Shown here piece after piece: positions 13,990-26,900 of a stretch of 64,000 nt of DNA. The position numbers and the translations under genes are program-made. Within the stretch, counting starts at the first letter, position 1; each line of letters starts with the position of its first letter. The notes under the pieces are model-generated. The model saw nothing but the letters and a program-made list of their open reading frames with translations. It did not search any database and had not been told where the DNA came from. Origin of the DNA: Mustelus asterias (lineage: Eukaryota); contig NW_027590123.1 in NCBI RefSeq assembly GCF_964213995.1, forward strand, positions 744,001-808,000, read 5' to 3'.

Positions 13990-16310
13990 GAGATAACATT
14001 GGCCTTTCTGTCACGAAAGAAACAAATCTGCCCCAGAATTCAGCGGGAAATTGAATTAAATCAGCCAAATAGTAGCAGCTACCCAGCAGCCTCTGCGCTT
14101 TATTAACAAGTAATGACCTCATCATCACACAGAAACTCCTGATATATAACTGGAGTGTGTGACCATTTTAAAAATGACTGTACAACTGAAAGTATCTGTA
14201 TCTAATGTGAATTTATAGACGCTTAAAATCCCGATTCATTTTTACAAAGTTCTGGCAAGTAATTTAAAACTTCAAGCTGTCCAGTGAGTTTCACAATATT
14301 GTAGTTGCCACATCGTTTATTTTTTAGCGTATTATCTTCACTAATTTGGGTGATGATCTGTTGAGTGATTTTGTTGCACTAGGAAGGCCACATGTTCCAA
14401 ATATTACAATCTTCCCTCATCAACCTAATCATGTTCCCTCTTTCCATCTTGCATTTGGAGATTCACCATCAGCAGGGGGGGGGGGGGGGGGGAATCAGAC
14501 TACTCTTAGTGACGTTCAATTCATTTGTTCCGCATGTCCCTGGGATGGAATTCACCCAGAAAATCTGGAAGGATTAAAGGTTGTGGACTGACACAATTGT
14601 AATAAAGGACCAGCCTCGATTTTTGAAGTAGTAAAACACAAGTGTGCGAATGTGGAACAACAAATGTCAGGACCAGCTATCATCACATCCATCAGTCCAT
14701 TCACTGATTCCTCGATGAAAACATTCAGGCAGCCAACTATCGTTCATCCCTGCATCAACACAGGCATTTATTTATTTCTTGTGTCGATGGTGGCGTAATA
14801 TTAATGCCAGTGGAGCAGTAATCCAGAAGCCCAGGCCAGTGATGTGTGAACGCGAGATTAAATCCGACCATGGCAGCTGGTGGAATTTGATTTCAATCAA
14901 TAAATCTGGATTCATATTTGCAGCGACCAGATGAACCACTCTGATTCCCCAATCAAGGAAATCTGCCATCCCTACTTAGTCTCACCAGGGTGTGACTCCA
15001 GACGGACAGCAGTATGCGTAACTGGGCAATGCCTTCTGAAATGTCCTAACACACCACTCAGTTCAAAATAAATTAAGCACAGGAAACAAATGTTGGTCTT
15101 TCCAGAGGCTCCCATGGAAGAAAAAAGTGAAATAAAACACAAGCATACATGTTTATGTATTATAAAATGTATCACCTCTCTGAATCAACTCTCACAATCT
15201 GCCTGTGTTTATTTTTATCCATCGTTCACAGTATTTTGTTGTGTTGGAGAGATCATCATTGTTGCTAACAAGGTGCCAGAGAAGCTGGAAACTTTCTTTT
15301 CCAAAGAAATGGGAAGCATTTATATAGGTTTACAACTTAAACAATAATTAACTTGCCTCCAGTACTGTTGCTGGGCAGATTTGTTTATAAATAGGCCCCA
15401 TTGACAATGTTGAGAGTTTGAAGTTGGCTTGCAGCCAAGCGCTCAGTGCTGAGGAAACAGATCTTTGAGTTTCTGAACAAACACCCTCAGATGCTTCCTG
15501 TAAATATCTTCGGGTATTTGGCAGCAGGTTGGACTGCTGCCAAATACTGCGTGGGACAGATTAACGTGAATCTGTAAGAATAAAATGGGACTTAGCCAGT
15601 TATATAATAAATGTTTGATTCCCACAAGAAAGACACGTTTTAAATGGTATTCTCAGCAAATATTTTAAATGAATGCACTGTTCATTATGTGATTAAACAG
15701 TATCGGAAACTAGTAAATTGGCTAGTTGCTATTTCATTTGTATAACTTGCAAATAAATGTCGTTCCAACAATTAAATCCACTTTGTGAGCAACTTCATGA
15801 AGTGCACGAAAGAGATTTTGATGTCCCCAATCCCTCAGTCCAACGAGATCAGTGTAATGGCCCAAAATTAAAATAATTAAAAGTAAAAGAAAGTCATATA
15901 ACTGCCTTGAACAGCGCGGATTCCTGGAATATTCTCAGTGTTCTACACCTCTTTAAAAAGACAACGTCAATTATACGTGATTGGCACCATGTTCTGTTGT
16001 GCAGCATAACCTGATTTCGATTATTTAACAGTCCCTCTCATAGCTGCCAATGAGTGAAGAAATGACCAGTTCATAACCTGGTTCAGTGGAAGATAAAACA
16101 TTTACTCTTGTGATATTGTGCAAAATGCCGCAAAGTCCTGATATCCTGTGTTCCCACGACGAATGAATGTTAGACAGCGGTGGCCAATAAAATGAGCTGT
16201 AATGATTGGGATGCTAAAGGAGAACTTTCCTGATCGCCGTGTTGGTTCTGATTCATTAATTTCTCTGTCCAAATCGATTTCAATTTTATGTATCTCTGTC
16301 AACTCAATTA
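13990..16310 (-). pseudogene. Unidentified multi-exon pseudogene, copy 2
   Basis: Collinear with 28050-30395; e.g. IHVNLSHAVFGSSPTCCQIPEDIYRKHLRVFVQKLKDLFPQ and LLWHLVSNNDDLSN. Confidence 0.5.
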
Positions 16311-17811
16311 ATTATAAGTCAACCAGGTTTCTTTCACTGTTAATTTTCACAGGGTTAAGGAGCTGTTGGGGAAATATGAGGTGTAACATTGTATCATATG
16401 AGGAGTTTCTTTTTTCAATTCATTCATGGACGGCACGGTGGCATAGTTGTTAGCACTGCTGCCGCACAACGCAAGGGACCCGGATTCAATTCCCGGTTTG
16501 GATCTGCGTAGAGTCTCTGTCTGTGTGGAGTCTGCACGTCCTCCAATTGTCTGCCTATTTACTCACACGGTCCGAAGATGTGCCGCTTAGGTTGATTGGC
16601 GATGATAAATTCTTCCATGATGCCAGGGGAATTAGCAGCGAATATACGTGGGGTGATGGGGATAGGGCCTGCGTGGGAATGTTGTCGGTGCAGGCCTAAT
16701 GGGCCAAATGGCCTCCTTCTGCTCTGTAGGGATTCTATGGACATGGATGCCGCTGGACGATCAGGATTTATTGCCCACTCCTTGTCCGAGGGCAGATGAG
16801 AGCCAACCACATTGCTGTGGCTCTGGAATCACATGTAGGCCAGCCAGGCAAGGACTGCAGATTTCCTTCTCTAAAGGACATTACTGAAGACACTCGACAA
16901 TGATATCATGATCATAAGTAGATTCCTAAGTCCAGACGTTTTTACTGAATTTAAATTCCACCATCTGTCGTGGCGGGATTCGAAGCCGGATCCTGAGAAC
17001 ATTAGTTGAGTTTGTGGATTAATTGTGTAGCGATAATAACACTAAGCCATTGCTTCCCTTTTTGCTTATATCCAGTCCCAAATTACACGGATAGCTATCC
17101 ACACCTGAAATACAATCATCCCAGCATGTAGTTACATAAATCGATAATAATTCCTCTCATGAATTATTATTTTGCTGCAATGTGTTAGAGACACAGAATT
17201 ATTGCAAATCTGACTGACGTCTTTACCCTGATAAGATAATGTCACCTTGTTTATGTCTATTCCCTTGTGAAGGGGTGCAGAAATGAAGGTATTTAATTTA
17301 CAATGAAATTGTTTCTTTTATATAACAGATAATCAAATGCAATTTCACCCCTTGGACTTACAGAGACATTACAATGGATCTCAATCTTACTGCCTCAGTA
17401 TTAGTCTGTTTCTGGAATGTTCCAGTGTCAGCAATCAATTCACCGGGAGTAATCCTCGGTATTTTTGATAAATTTTATTTGATTTCATTTGATTTATTAT
17501 TATCACACATATTACTACACAGTGAAAGTTATTGTTTCGTGTTCACTATATAGACAGAGCATACTGTACATAGGGAAGAAAGGGAGAGAGTATAGAATGT
17601 AATGTTACAGTCATAGCTAGGGTGTAGAAAAAGATCAACTTCATGCGAGGTAGGTCCATTCAAAAGTCTGAATGCAGCAGGAAAGAAACTGTTTTTGACT
17701 CGGTTTATAAATGTCCTCAAGCTTTTGCATCATCGCGATGGAAAAAGGCGAGAGAGTATGTCCGGGGTGCGTGGCGTTGTTCTTACATGTTTTTCTTTCA
17801 TATTTGTAAAA

Positions 17812-17970
17812 GTGTCGAATCAGATATTGTGTTGGCTCAGCCAGAGGCAGAAACCGGGCGTCCCTGAGGCTCCCTGAGACTGACCTGGAAAGCCATCGCG
17901 TGGCTTTACCCATGGCAGCAACTGGGTGTCTGGGTCAGACAGGTCCCTGGACAGTGTTTGTAGTATCTTA
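17812..17970 (+). pseudogene. IGHV: VH pseudogene 2 (FR1-FR2 only, truncated by CR1 insertion)
   Basis: [24 protein letters not shown]...WVRQVPGQ; TGA at 17865. Confidence 0.9.
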
Positions 17971-18980
17971 GGAATGTAAGAACTAGGAGCTGAAGTAGGC
18001 CAACTGGCGCCTCGATCCTGCTCCGCCATTGAATAAGATCATGGCCTACCTTTTTGTGGACTCGGCTCCACTTATCAGCCTGCACACCATAACCCATAGT
18101 TACTTTACTGTTCAGAAATGTATTTTTCCTTGCCTTAAAAGCATTCAATGAGGTAGCCTCCACTGCTTCACTGGGCAGGGAATTCCACAGATTCACAATC
18201 CTTTGTGTGAAGAATTTCCTCCTCAACTGAGTGCTAAATCTGCTCCTCCTTATTTTGAGGCTATGCCCCCTAGTTCTGGTTTCACCTGCCAGTGGAAACT
18301 AGGGCGGCACGGTAGCACAGTGGTTAGCACTGCTGCTTCACAGCTCCAGGGTCCCGGGTTCGATTCCCGGCTCGGGTCACTGTCTGTGTGGAGTTTGCAC
18401 ATTCTCCTCGTGTCTGCGTGGGTTTCCTCCGGGTGCTCCGGTTTCCTCCCACAGTCCAAAGATGTGCGGGTTATGTTGATTGGCCAGGTTAAAAAAATTG
18501 CCCCTTAGAGTCCTGGGATGTGTAGGTTAGTGGGATTAGCGTGGGGGTAGGGCCTGGGTGGGATTGTGGTCGGTGCAGACTCGATGGGCCGAATGGCCTC
18601 CTTCTGCACTGTAGGGTTTCTATGATTCTATGAACTTCCCGCTTCTATCTTATTAATTCCCTTCCTAATCTTATATGCTTCTATAAGATTCTCCCGGCAC
18701 TCTTCTGAATTCCAATGACTATATGTTCAAAATCTCTGAATTTCTTCATTTCCAGTTATTACATCCCCCTTGTCATCATCTAAAGGACCAATGTTTACTT
18801 TAGCCACTCTTTCTTTTTGCTTTATATATTTGTAGAAACATTTGATATCTGTTTTTATATTCTAAGCTAGTTTACTTTCATCATCCATCTTACTTTTCCT
18901 TATAGCTTTCTTCGTGGCTTTCTGTTGACCTTTAAAGATTTCCAAATGCTCTATTTTCCCACTAATCTTTGCTACTTTGT
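17971..18980 (-). mobile_element. Degenerate CR1 fragment interrupted by an HE1-type SINE
   Basis: MRRKFFTQRIVNLWNSLP on the minus strand; CR1 3' UTR abuts pseudo-VH2. Confidence 0.75.
18302..18632 (+). mobile_element. HE1-type tRNA-derived SINE, full length
   Basis: A box TAGCACAGTGG, B box GGTTCGATTCC, CR1-like 3' tail ending TTCTATGA. Related copies at about 1894-2142, 5260-5490, 16428-16739, 26663-26960, 38075-38380, 55020-55990. Confidence 0.85.
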
Positions 18981-20287
18981 ATCTTGTGTAATGAATGTTC
19001 AAAAAGTTTCTATTAATTTTGAATCAACTGTTAATATTCTTAAAATAAACGCTATTTTGATTTGAAACAGATCAATAAGTGACGGTTTATGGTTTTGCTG
19101 CCATGAACATTTCATTGTAAACAGTGAGGTGTTTATGTAAATAAATACAGAAATAGAAATCCCAGATTAGATTGTTGACTGACAAAAACACAACAAATAT
19201 TTCCCCACGAACACAGCACAGAAATAGAGACAAACATGCAAATCAATCAACGGATTCCAGTAACGATTGTTTTTCAATATTATTGAAAGCTATGATTTTA
19301 AATTGCATGAGGAAAAACTTCATGATGATATCTATGTCCAGAATTAGGAAAACATCCCTCTGATCCCGAAATATAATAACACGGCAAATGTATTCATTGA
19401 AATTTCCTGTTTCATCTCTCTGTCTTTCTCCTGTCTGTTTCAGTGTCTGATCTCCCCACAATGGTTCGTCACCTTCACTCCACAACATGAAGTCAATGTC
19501 TACCCAATGTGTTCTCTCAGCCGGAGTTATAGACTTCTAAAAGAATTTAACTCAATGAATTGGAATCTGTGAAAGAGCTTGACTCTAAAAGATCTCTTGA
19601 GCATTCTTTGATCTTGGTATATTTGATACATTTTCCTCTGTATCTAACCTGGTGATAAGGATTCAATGTGGCAGTACCAAAGGATCTGTCCCCATATTTA
19701 GCCGCTGCTGTCCCTGTCTTTGGAATATTTACTCTGCATCTAAACTCACTGTACCTTCCTTTTGAATGTTTGATATGACTTTGTCAAGGAAGATTTAATC
19801 CGTATCTCATCTCTGATGTACCTGACCTGGGTGTGTTTTATGGCACTATGTAGACAGCTCTTTTCCCTGTACCTAACACTAATTTAAATCTGCCTCCCGA
19901 ATCTCTGAAGGAAGAGTGCAGAAGAGGTTATACGTAGAAGAGAGTTACTGCTCTGTCTGCCTTCATTTTGTTTGAGCAGACTTTGTAGAGGGAGTTTCAC
20001 TCTCTTTCTAGACAGTATACTGTTCTGGGAATGTTTGATTTGGATAGTATAGAGCGAGATTCACTTTGTATGTAACTCATGCTATTCCTGCCTTGGGAGG
20101 GTTTAATTTGGCAATGCAGAGGGAACTTTGCATTCTTCAGCTAACACCACGTTACTCCTGTCCTGTAAGCTTTTGATGGGATAGTCGGCCGTCTCTACAA
20201 ATTTCCTGGGGTTGAACCAGTCTCTTTATATCCATCTGCATCCATCTGCAGCTCCTCCAAAACCGTGTAAGGGAACTGGAGCTGGAG

Positions 20288-21073
20288 TTGGAGGAACTTA
20301 GGATCATTAGGGATGCAGAGATGGCCATAGACAGAAGCTTCAGGGATACAGTTACTCCGCGGAATGAAAATAGATGGGTGACGGTGAGAGGGGCTGGGAA
20401 GAAGCAGTCGGTGCAGGGATCCCCTGTGGTCGTTCCCCTTAGCAATAAGTATTCCGCTTTGGATACGGTTGAGGGGGACGACATACCAGTGGTGAGCCGC
20501 AGTGAGAGGATCTCCGGCACTGAGTCCGTCCCTGTGGCTCAGGAGGGTAAGGAGGAGAGCGGGAGGGCAATAGTTATTGGGGACTCGTTAGTTAGAGGGA
20601 TAGATAGGAGGTTCTGTGGCAGCAAAAGAGACTCGAGGATGGTTTGTTGCCTACCGGATGCCAGGGTCCGTGACGTCTCGGACCGTGTTTTCCGGATTCT
20701 TAAGGGGGAGGGGAAACAGTCACAAGTCATGGTACACATTGGTACCAACGACATAGGTAAGAGGAGGGACGGGGATTTAAAACAGGAATTTCGGGAGCTC
20801 GGCTGGAAGCTGAGAGCAAAGACAAAACATGTGGTCATCTCTGGTACGCTACCGGTGCCACGTGATAGCGAGTTGAGGAACAGGGAGAGAGTGCACTTAA
20901 ACATGTGGTTGCAGGGATGGTGCAGGAGGGAGGGTTTCAGATACGTGGATAATTGGAACACGTTCTGGGGAAGGTGGGACCTCTACAAACAGGACGGGGT
21001 GCACCTGAACCAGAGGGGCACCAATATCCTGGGAGGGAAATTTGCTACGGCTCTTCAGGGGGATTTAAACTAA
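20288..21073 (+). CDS. CR1 ORF1 (leucine zipper plus SGNH esterase-like domain), 5' truncated
   Basis: IVIGDSLVRG, VHIGTND, DGVHLN motifs. Confidence 0.88.
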   Translation: MEELRIIRDAEMAIDRSFRDTVTPRNENRWVTVRGAGKKQSVQGSPVVVPLSNKYSALDTVEGDDIPVVSRSERISGTESVPVAQEGKEESGRAIVIGDSLVRGIDRRFCGSKRDSRMVCCLPDARVRDVSDRVFRILKGEGKQSQVMVHIGTNDIGKRRDGDLKQEFRELGWKLRAKTKHVVISGTLPVPRDSELRNRERVHLNMWLQGWCRREGFRYVDNWNTFWGRWDLYKQDGVHLNQRGTNILGGKFATALQGDLN

Positions 21074-23970
21074 TTTGTCAGGGGAGTGGGAAAAGGAGTT
21101 GTAGTCCAGAAGTCAGTGTTGAGGGTGGTGAGGTATTGGGGAAGGTATCAAGGTCAAGGGTGGGTACCGGTAGACAGGAAGATGGGTTGAAGTGTGTCTA
21201 CTTCAATGCAAGGAGCATCCGGAACAAGGTGGATGAACTTGGGGCGTGGATTGCTACTTGGGACTACGATGTTGTGGCCATTACGGAGACGTGGGTAGAA
21301 CAAGGACAGGAATGGTTGTTGGACGTTCCGGGGTATAGATGTTTCAGTAAGTGTAGGGAAGCTGGTAAAAGAGGTGGAGGAGTAGCATTGTTAATCAAGG
21401 ATAGTTTAACGGCTGCGGAAAAGCACTTTGAGGGGGATATGCACACTGAGGTAATATGGGCTGCAGTTAGAAACAGGAAAGGAGCGGTCATGTTGCTAGG
21501 AGTTTACTATAGGCCCCCAAATAGTAATAGAGATGTGGAGGAAGAAATTGCTAAGCAGATTATGGATACGTGTGGGGGTCACAGGGTAGTTGTCATGGGG
21601 GACTTTAACTTTCCAAATATTGATTGGAACCTTTGTAGGTCAAATAGTTTGGATGGGGCACTTTTTGTGCAGTGTGTGCAGGAGGGTTTCCTGACACAAT
21701 ATGTGGATAGGCCGACAAGGGGTGAGGCCACATTGGATTTGGTACTGGGAAATGAACCGGGCCAAGTGTTAGATTTGGTTGTGGGAGAGAACTTTGGAGA
21801 TAGTGACCACAATTCGGTGTCTTTTGTTATTGCAATGGAGAGGGATAGGGCCGGACGGCAGGGCAAGGCTTACAATTGGGGGAGAGGTAATTATGATGCG
21901 ATTAGGCAAGAATTAGGGGGCATAAGATGGGAACAGAAACTGTCAGGGAAAGGCACTGATGAAAAGTGGAACTTTTTCAAGGAACAAATACTGGGTGTCC
22001 TTGATAGGTATGTCCCTGTCAGGCAGGGAGGAAATGGCCGAGTGAGGGAACCGTGGTTCACAAAAGAGGTGGAATGTCTTGTGAAAAGGAAGAGGGAAGC
22101 TTATGTAGGGATGAGGAAACAAGGTTCAGATGGCTCGACTGAGGGTTACAAGTTAGCAAGGAACGAGCTGAAAAAGGGGCTGAGGAGAGCTAGGAGGGGA
22201 CATGAGAAGTCCTTGGCGGGTCGGATCAAGCAAAACCCCAAGGCTTTTTACTCTTATGTGAGGAATAAAAGAATGACCAGGGTGAGGTTAGGGCCGGTCA
22301 AGGACAGTGGTGGGAACTTGTGTATGGAATCAGTAGAGATAGGCGAGGTGATGAATGAATACTTTTCTTCAGTGTTCACCAAGGAGAGGGGCCATGTTTT
22401 TCAGGAAGAGAAGGTGTTACAGGCTAATAGGCTGGAGGAAATAGATGTTCGGAGGGAGGATGTATTGGCAGTTTTGAATAAACTGAAGGTCGATAAGTCC
22501 CCTGGGCCTGATGAAATGTATCCTAGGATTCTTTGGGAGGCGAGGGATGAGATTGCAGAGCCTTTGGCTTTGATCTTTGGGTCCTCGCTGTCCACGGGGA
22601 TGGTGCCAGAGGACTGGAGAGTGGCAAATGTTGTTCCTCTGTTTAAGAAAGGGAATAGAAATGACCCTGGTAATTATAGACCGGTTAGTCTGACTTCGGT
22701 GGTTGGTAAATTGATGGAAAAGGTCCTTAGGGATGGGATTTACGACCATTTAGAAAGATGCGGATTAATCCGGGATAGTCAGCACGGATTTGTGAAGGGC
22801 AAATCGTGCCTCACAAATTTGATAGAATTTTTTGAGGAGGTAACTAGGTGTGTTGATGAAGGTAGGGCGGTTGATGTCATATACATGGATTTTAGTAAGG
22901 CGTTTGATAAGGTCCCCCATGGTCGGCTTATGATGAAAGTAAGGAGGTGTGGGATAGAGGGAAAGTTGGCCGATTGGATAGGTAACTGGCTATCTGATCG
23001 AAGACAGAGGGTGGTGGTGGATGGAAAATTTTCGGACTGGAGGCAGGTTGCTAGCGGAGTGCCGCAGGGATCGGTGCTTGGTCCTCTGCTCTTTGTGATT
23101 TTTATTAATGACTTAGAGGAGGGGGCTGAAGGGTGGATCAGTAAATTTGCTGATGACACCAAGATTGGTGGAGTAGTGGATGAGGTGGAGGGGTGTTGTA
23201 GGCAGCAAAGAGACATAGATAGAATGCAAAGCTGGGCTGAAAAATGGCAAATGGAGTTTAACCCTGATAAATGTGAGGTGATTCATTTTGGTAGGACTAA
23301 TTTAAATGTGGATTACAGGGTCAAAGGTAGGGTTCTGAAGACTGTGGAGGAACAGAGAGATCTTGGGGTCCATATCCACAGATCTCTAAAGGTTGCCACT
23401 CAAGTGGATAGAGCTGTGAAGAAGGCATATAGTGTGTTAGCTTTTATTAACAGGGGGTTGGAGTTTAAGAGCCGTGGGGTTATGCTGCAACTGTACAGGA
23501 CCTTGGTGAGACCGCATTTGGAATATTGCGTGCAGTTCTGGTCACCTCACTATAAGAAGGATGTGGAAGCGCTGGAAAGAGTGCAGAGGAGATTTACCAG
23601 GATGCTGCCTGGTTTGGAGTGTCGGTCTTATGAGGAAAGGTTGAGGGAGCTGGGGCTGTTCTCTCTGGAGCGGAGGAGATTGAGGGGAGACTTAATAGAG
23701 GTTTATAAAATGATGAAGGGGATAGATCGAGTGAACGTTCAAAGACTATTTCCTCGGGTGGATGGAGCTATTACGAGGGGGCATAACTATAGGGTTCATG
23801 GTGGGAGATATAGGAAGGATATCAGAGGTAGGTTCTTCACGCAGAGAGTGGTTGGGGTGTGGAATGGACTGCCTGCAGTGATAGTGGAGTCAGACACTTT
23901 AGGAACATTTAAGCGGTTATTGGATAGGCACATGGAGCACACCAGGATGGTAGGGAGTGGGATAGCTTGA
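20953..23970 (+). CDS. CR1 ORF2 (APE endonuclease plus reverse transcriptase), uninterrupted
   Basis: [50 protein letters not shown]. Confidence 0.95.
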   Translation: MEHVLGKVGPLQTGRGAPEPEGHQYPGREICYGSSGGFKLICQGSGKRSCSPEVSVEGGEVLGKVSRSRVGTGRQEDGLKCVYFNARSIRNKVDELGAWIATWDYDVVAITETWVEQGQEWLLDVPGYRCFSKCREAGKRGGGVALLIKDSLTAAEKHFEGDMHTEVIWAAVRNRKGAVMLLGVYYRPPNSNRDVEEEIAKQIMDTCGGHRVVVMGDFNFPNIDWNLCRSNSLDGALFVQCVQEGFLTQYVDRPTRGEATLDLVLGNEPGQVLDLVVGENFGDSDHNSVSFVIAMERDRAGRQGKAYNWGRGNYDAIRQELGGIRWEQKLSGKGTDEKWNFFKEQILGVLDRYVPVRQGGNGRVREPWFTKEVECLVKRKREAYVGMRKQGSDGSTEGYKLARNELKKGLRRARRGHEKSLAGRIKQNPKAFYSYVRNKRMTRVRLGPVKDSGGNLCMESVEIGEVMNEYFSSVFTKERGHVFQEEKVLQANRLEEIDVRREDVLAVLNKLKVDKSPGPDEMYPRILWEARDEIAEPLALIFGSSLSTGMVPEDWRVANVVPLFKKGNRNDPGNYRPVSLTSVVGKLMEKVLRDGIYDHLERCGLIRDSQHGFVKGKSCLTNLIEFFEEVTRCVDEGRAVDVIYMDFSKAFDKVPHGRLMMKVRRCGIEGKLADWIGNWLSDRRQRVVVDGKFSDWRQVASGVPQGSVLGPLLFVIFINDLEEGAEGWISKFADDTKIGGVVDEVEGCCRQQRDIDRMQSWAEKWQMEFNPDKCEVIHFGRTNLNVDYRVKGRVLKTVEEQRDLGVHIHRSLKVATQVDRAVKKAYSVLAFINRGLEFKSRGVMLQLYRTLVRPHLEYCVQFWSPHYKKDVEALERVQRRFTRMLPGLECRSYEERLRELGLFSLERRRLRGDLIEVYKMMKGIDRVNVQRLFPRVDGAITRGHNYRVHGGRYRKDIRGRFFTQRVVGVWNGLPAVIVESDTLGTFKRLLDRHMEHTRMVGSGIA

Positions 23971-26900
23971 TCTTGGTTTCAGATGAAGGTCGGCACAACA
24001 TCGTGGGCCGAAGGGCCTGTTCTGTGCTGTACTGTTCTATGTTCTATGTTCTATATTACAGTAAATTTACCCTCTGTCAGCTTATATTATGAAGCCATGC
24101 CTTTGTTGATTTTTCACTGGACCCTAACTATTTTTATATTGCACGTACAATATTATATTGCCTGTCTCTACTCATATGAAACTGGATGTTGCATCTGTTT
24201 ATACTAAATTAGACGCTGTGAGACGTTATATTATACGTTACCATGTTTCTGTTCATATTAAGCGAGACGTTGTCTCTGTTTATATTAATATAGACCTATC
24301 TCTATTTGCATTAAACGAGATGCAGTCTTATTTCTGCAATTGACCCTGTCCACGTTTATATTGTATTGGACATGGTCTCAGTTTTTAACTGCACTGGGCA
24401 ATGCCAGTAATGAGGGAAGTGGTTGGGGGAATACAATTCTCTGCAAACTTTATGAGGTTTTGGGCACGGGAAAAGAAGAAGCGATATCTGAAATGTACTT
24501 CTGCTGACTGCATTGAAAATGGATACCAAGCCCTGTGTAGCATGCGTTGTCAATAAAGAACAAAAAAACAAAGAAAATCACCGCACAGGGAAAGGCCTAT
24601 CGGCCCTCCAAGACTGCACCAACCAAATACTGTCGATCCAATACTGCCCGTTTCTGGATCCTGCCTGATAACAATGTTTTTATCCCAACATATTATCTCT
24701 TCTTCTCGCAGAACCATGTAGTAATACAGACATAATTCAAACAGCTATAGTTAAGTGCAGGAATAACACTGACACAGTCTAGTGAAATGTATACAGGGTC
24801 GGTATCAAATATTACGTATCCAGAGAGAATGTCTCGTGCAATATAAACTGAATTTCGATCTAGCAGAGTATTAACAGAACCAGACTGTGTTTTAATATAA
24901 ACAGGGGCCAGATCCAACAAAATAGAAATGAGTTAGTGCCGAGTGCCATGTGGGGATGGTCAAATGCCAAATTCCAATGACAGCCACATCGCATGAAAGA
25001 AACATTTTAAAAAATGACATTGCCAAGGAAAAGAAAACTGAGACAGTGTCTAGCGCAGTTTTACTGATATAGGAGCTTATGCGACATGAACTGAGACAGC
25101 GCCGAGTAATTAATGATACTGGACCGAGATTTATATGAACTGCGATGGAGCCAAGTGTATTAGTAATAATTACTGATACAGGACTGAGACAGGTTTAAAC
25201 TGAAACAAAGTCCAGTGTGTTAATGATAATTACTGATATAGTACCTTGACTGATATAAACTTCATTCGTAGTTGTTGTTGATAAAGGAACTAGACTGATG
25301 CACACTGAGATTCGGACAATGCAGCAATTAGGAGGTATTGCAAAGTACAATAAAAGTACAATCTTTTGCCTGGTAGATGATGGATAGGGTTTGGAAATTC
25401 AGGAGGTGAGCTGTTCGCCGAAGAACCCCGGGCATCTCACCTGCTCTTGTAGCCACATGATTTAAATGCCTGTTCCAGTTCAGATTTTCACGAAGTATAA
25501 TGCCCAGGATGTTGATAGTGTGGGATTCTGCGCTAGTAATGCTACTTAGTGTCAAGGGGAGATGGTTGGGATCTCCCTTACTGGAGAGGGTCATTGCCTG
25601 CCACTTGTGTGGCATTAATGTTACTTGTCACTCAATAGCCCAAGTCTGAATATTTTCTAAGTCTTGCTTCATATGGACACAGACTGTGTCAGTACCTGAG
25701 GAGTCGGAACTGGTGCTGAACTTTGTTCAATCATCAGTGAACATCCCACATATGAACTTTGATGATGGCTGAAGCTTGGGGCTTTGTCACTAACCTGAAG
25801 AATTCCTGCAAAGCCGTGTGACTGAGATGATTGACCATTAAGAACCACAACCATCTTCCTTTGTGTTCCAGCCAGTGGACTGTTTCCCCCTGATTCCTAT
25901 TAACTGCAGTTTCGCTCGGGCTCCTTGATGCGACAAACGGTCAAATGTTGCGTCGATGTCAAGGGCACGCAACCTCTCTTCACCTTTTAATTTAAAATTT
26001 GTATCTATATTTGGACTCGTTTTAAATCATTTCTGGAATCAAGTGATCCTGGCGGAACAAAAATTGAGCATCTTGGTTTGCGTGTGTTTTGTGAAATATA
26101 TCATGTTTGACAGAAATTAATTTCAAAATGATCACTTGCATCCTTCCATTTACACTACATGATGGACACACAATAAACACATCCAATTCAGATTGGCTTC
26201 CTTTACATATGTCACCTTTTCTGATGATTGAAGAGGACAATTTTTGAAAGGTTAGTTCTGCCACAAGTGCTGCCCATTAAGCTACCATTTGTCATTGTGT
26301 GTTATCGTTTTGGATCATGAATGGATATTTTGGTGTAGAGCCAGTTATCACCAAAATCCTATGGTCCTTGCCGTGCTGACGGTGTTGAATGTCTTAGCGA
26401 GATTGACCAAAGTACGTTAAAGATATGGACATATGGAACATGGAGAAGTTGTTGGCTGGAGTAAATCTTCCAACACAATCACTACACTGCACATCAGGAA
26501 CACCCGGTCTGCAAGTAGATGATGTATTTCAAGTGTGACCCTAGCAAAGATCTTTCCCGTGATGCCATGACTGAGATATGTCTGTAGCTGGAGCAGACTC
26601 TTCCATTGGCTTACTTTGCAAAAGGTGTGATGAATTTGAATCATGCATCTCTTGTGGAATGGTGGGTGCCAGGATGGCACAGTGGATAGCTCTGTTGCCT
26701 CACATCGCTAGGGCCACAGGTTTGGTTCCTGGCTTGGGTCAGTGTCTGTGCGGTATCTGCACATTCTTCCCGTGTATGCGTGGATTTCCTCTGGGTGCTC
26801 CTCCCACAGTCCGAAAAGGCATGCAGGTAGGGTGCACTGGCCAGGCTAAATTCTCCCTCGGTGTACCCGAACAGACGCCGCAATGTGGCGACTCGGGGAT

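Larger units (their letters stand above)
20230..24052 (+). mobile_element. Young CR1 LINE, truncated within ORF1
   Basis: ORF1 plus intact ORF2 and (TTCTATG)n tail; absent from the paralogous site at about 6985. Confidence 0.95.

Noticed and set aside
18302-18375. tRNA-like sequence
   Set aside because: It is the head of an HE1-type SINE, not a tRNA gene.
20539-23216. Minus-strand ORFs within the CR1
   Set aside because: Antisense shadows of ORF1/ORF2.
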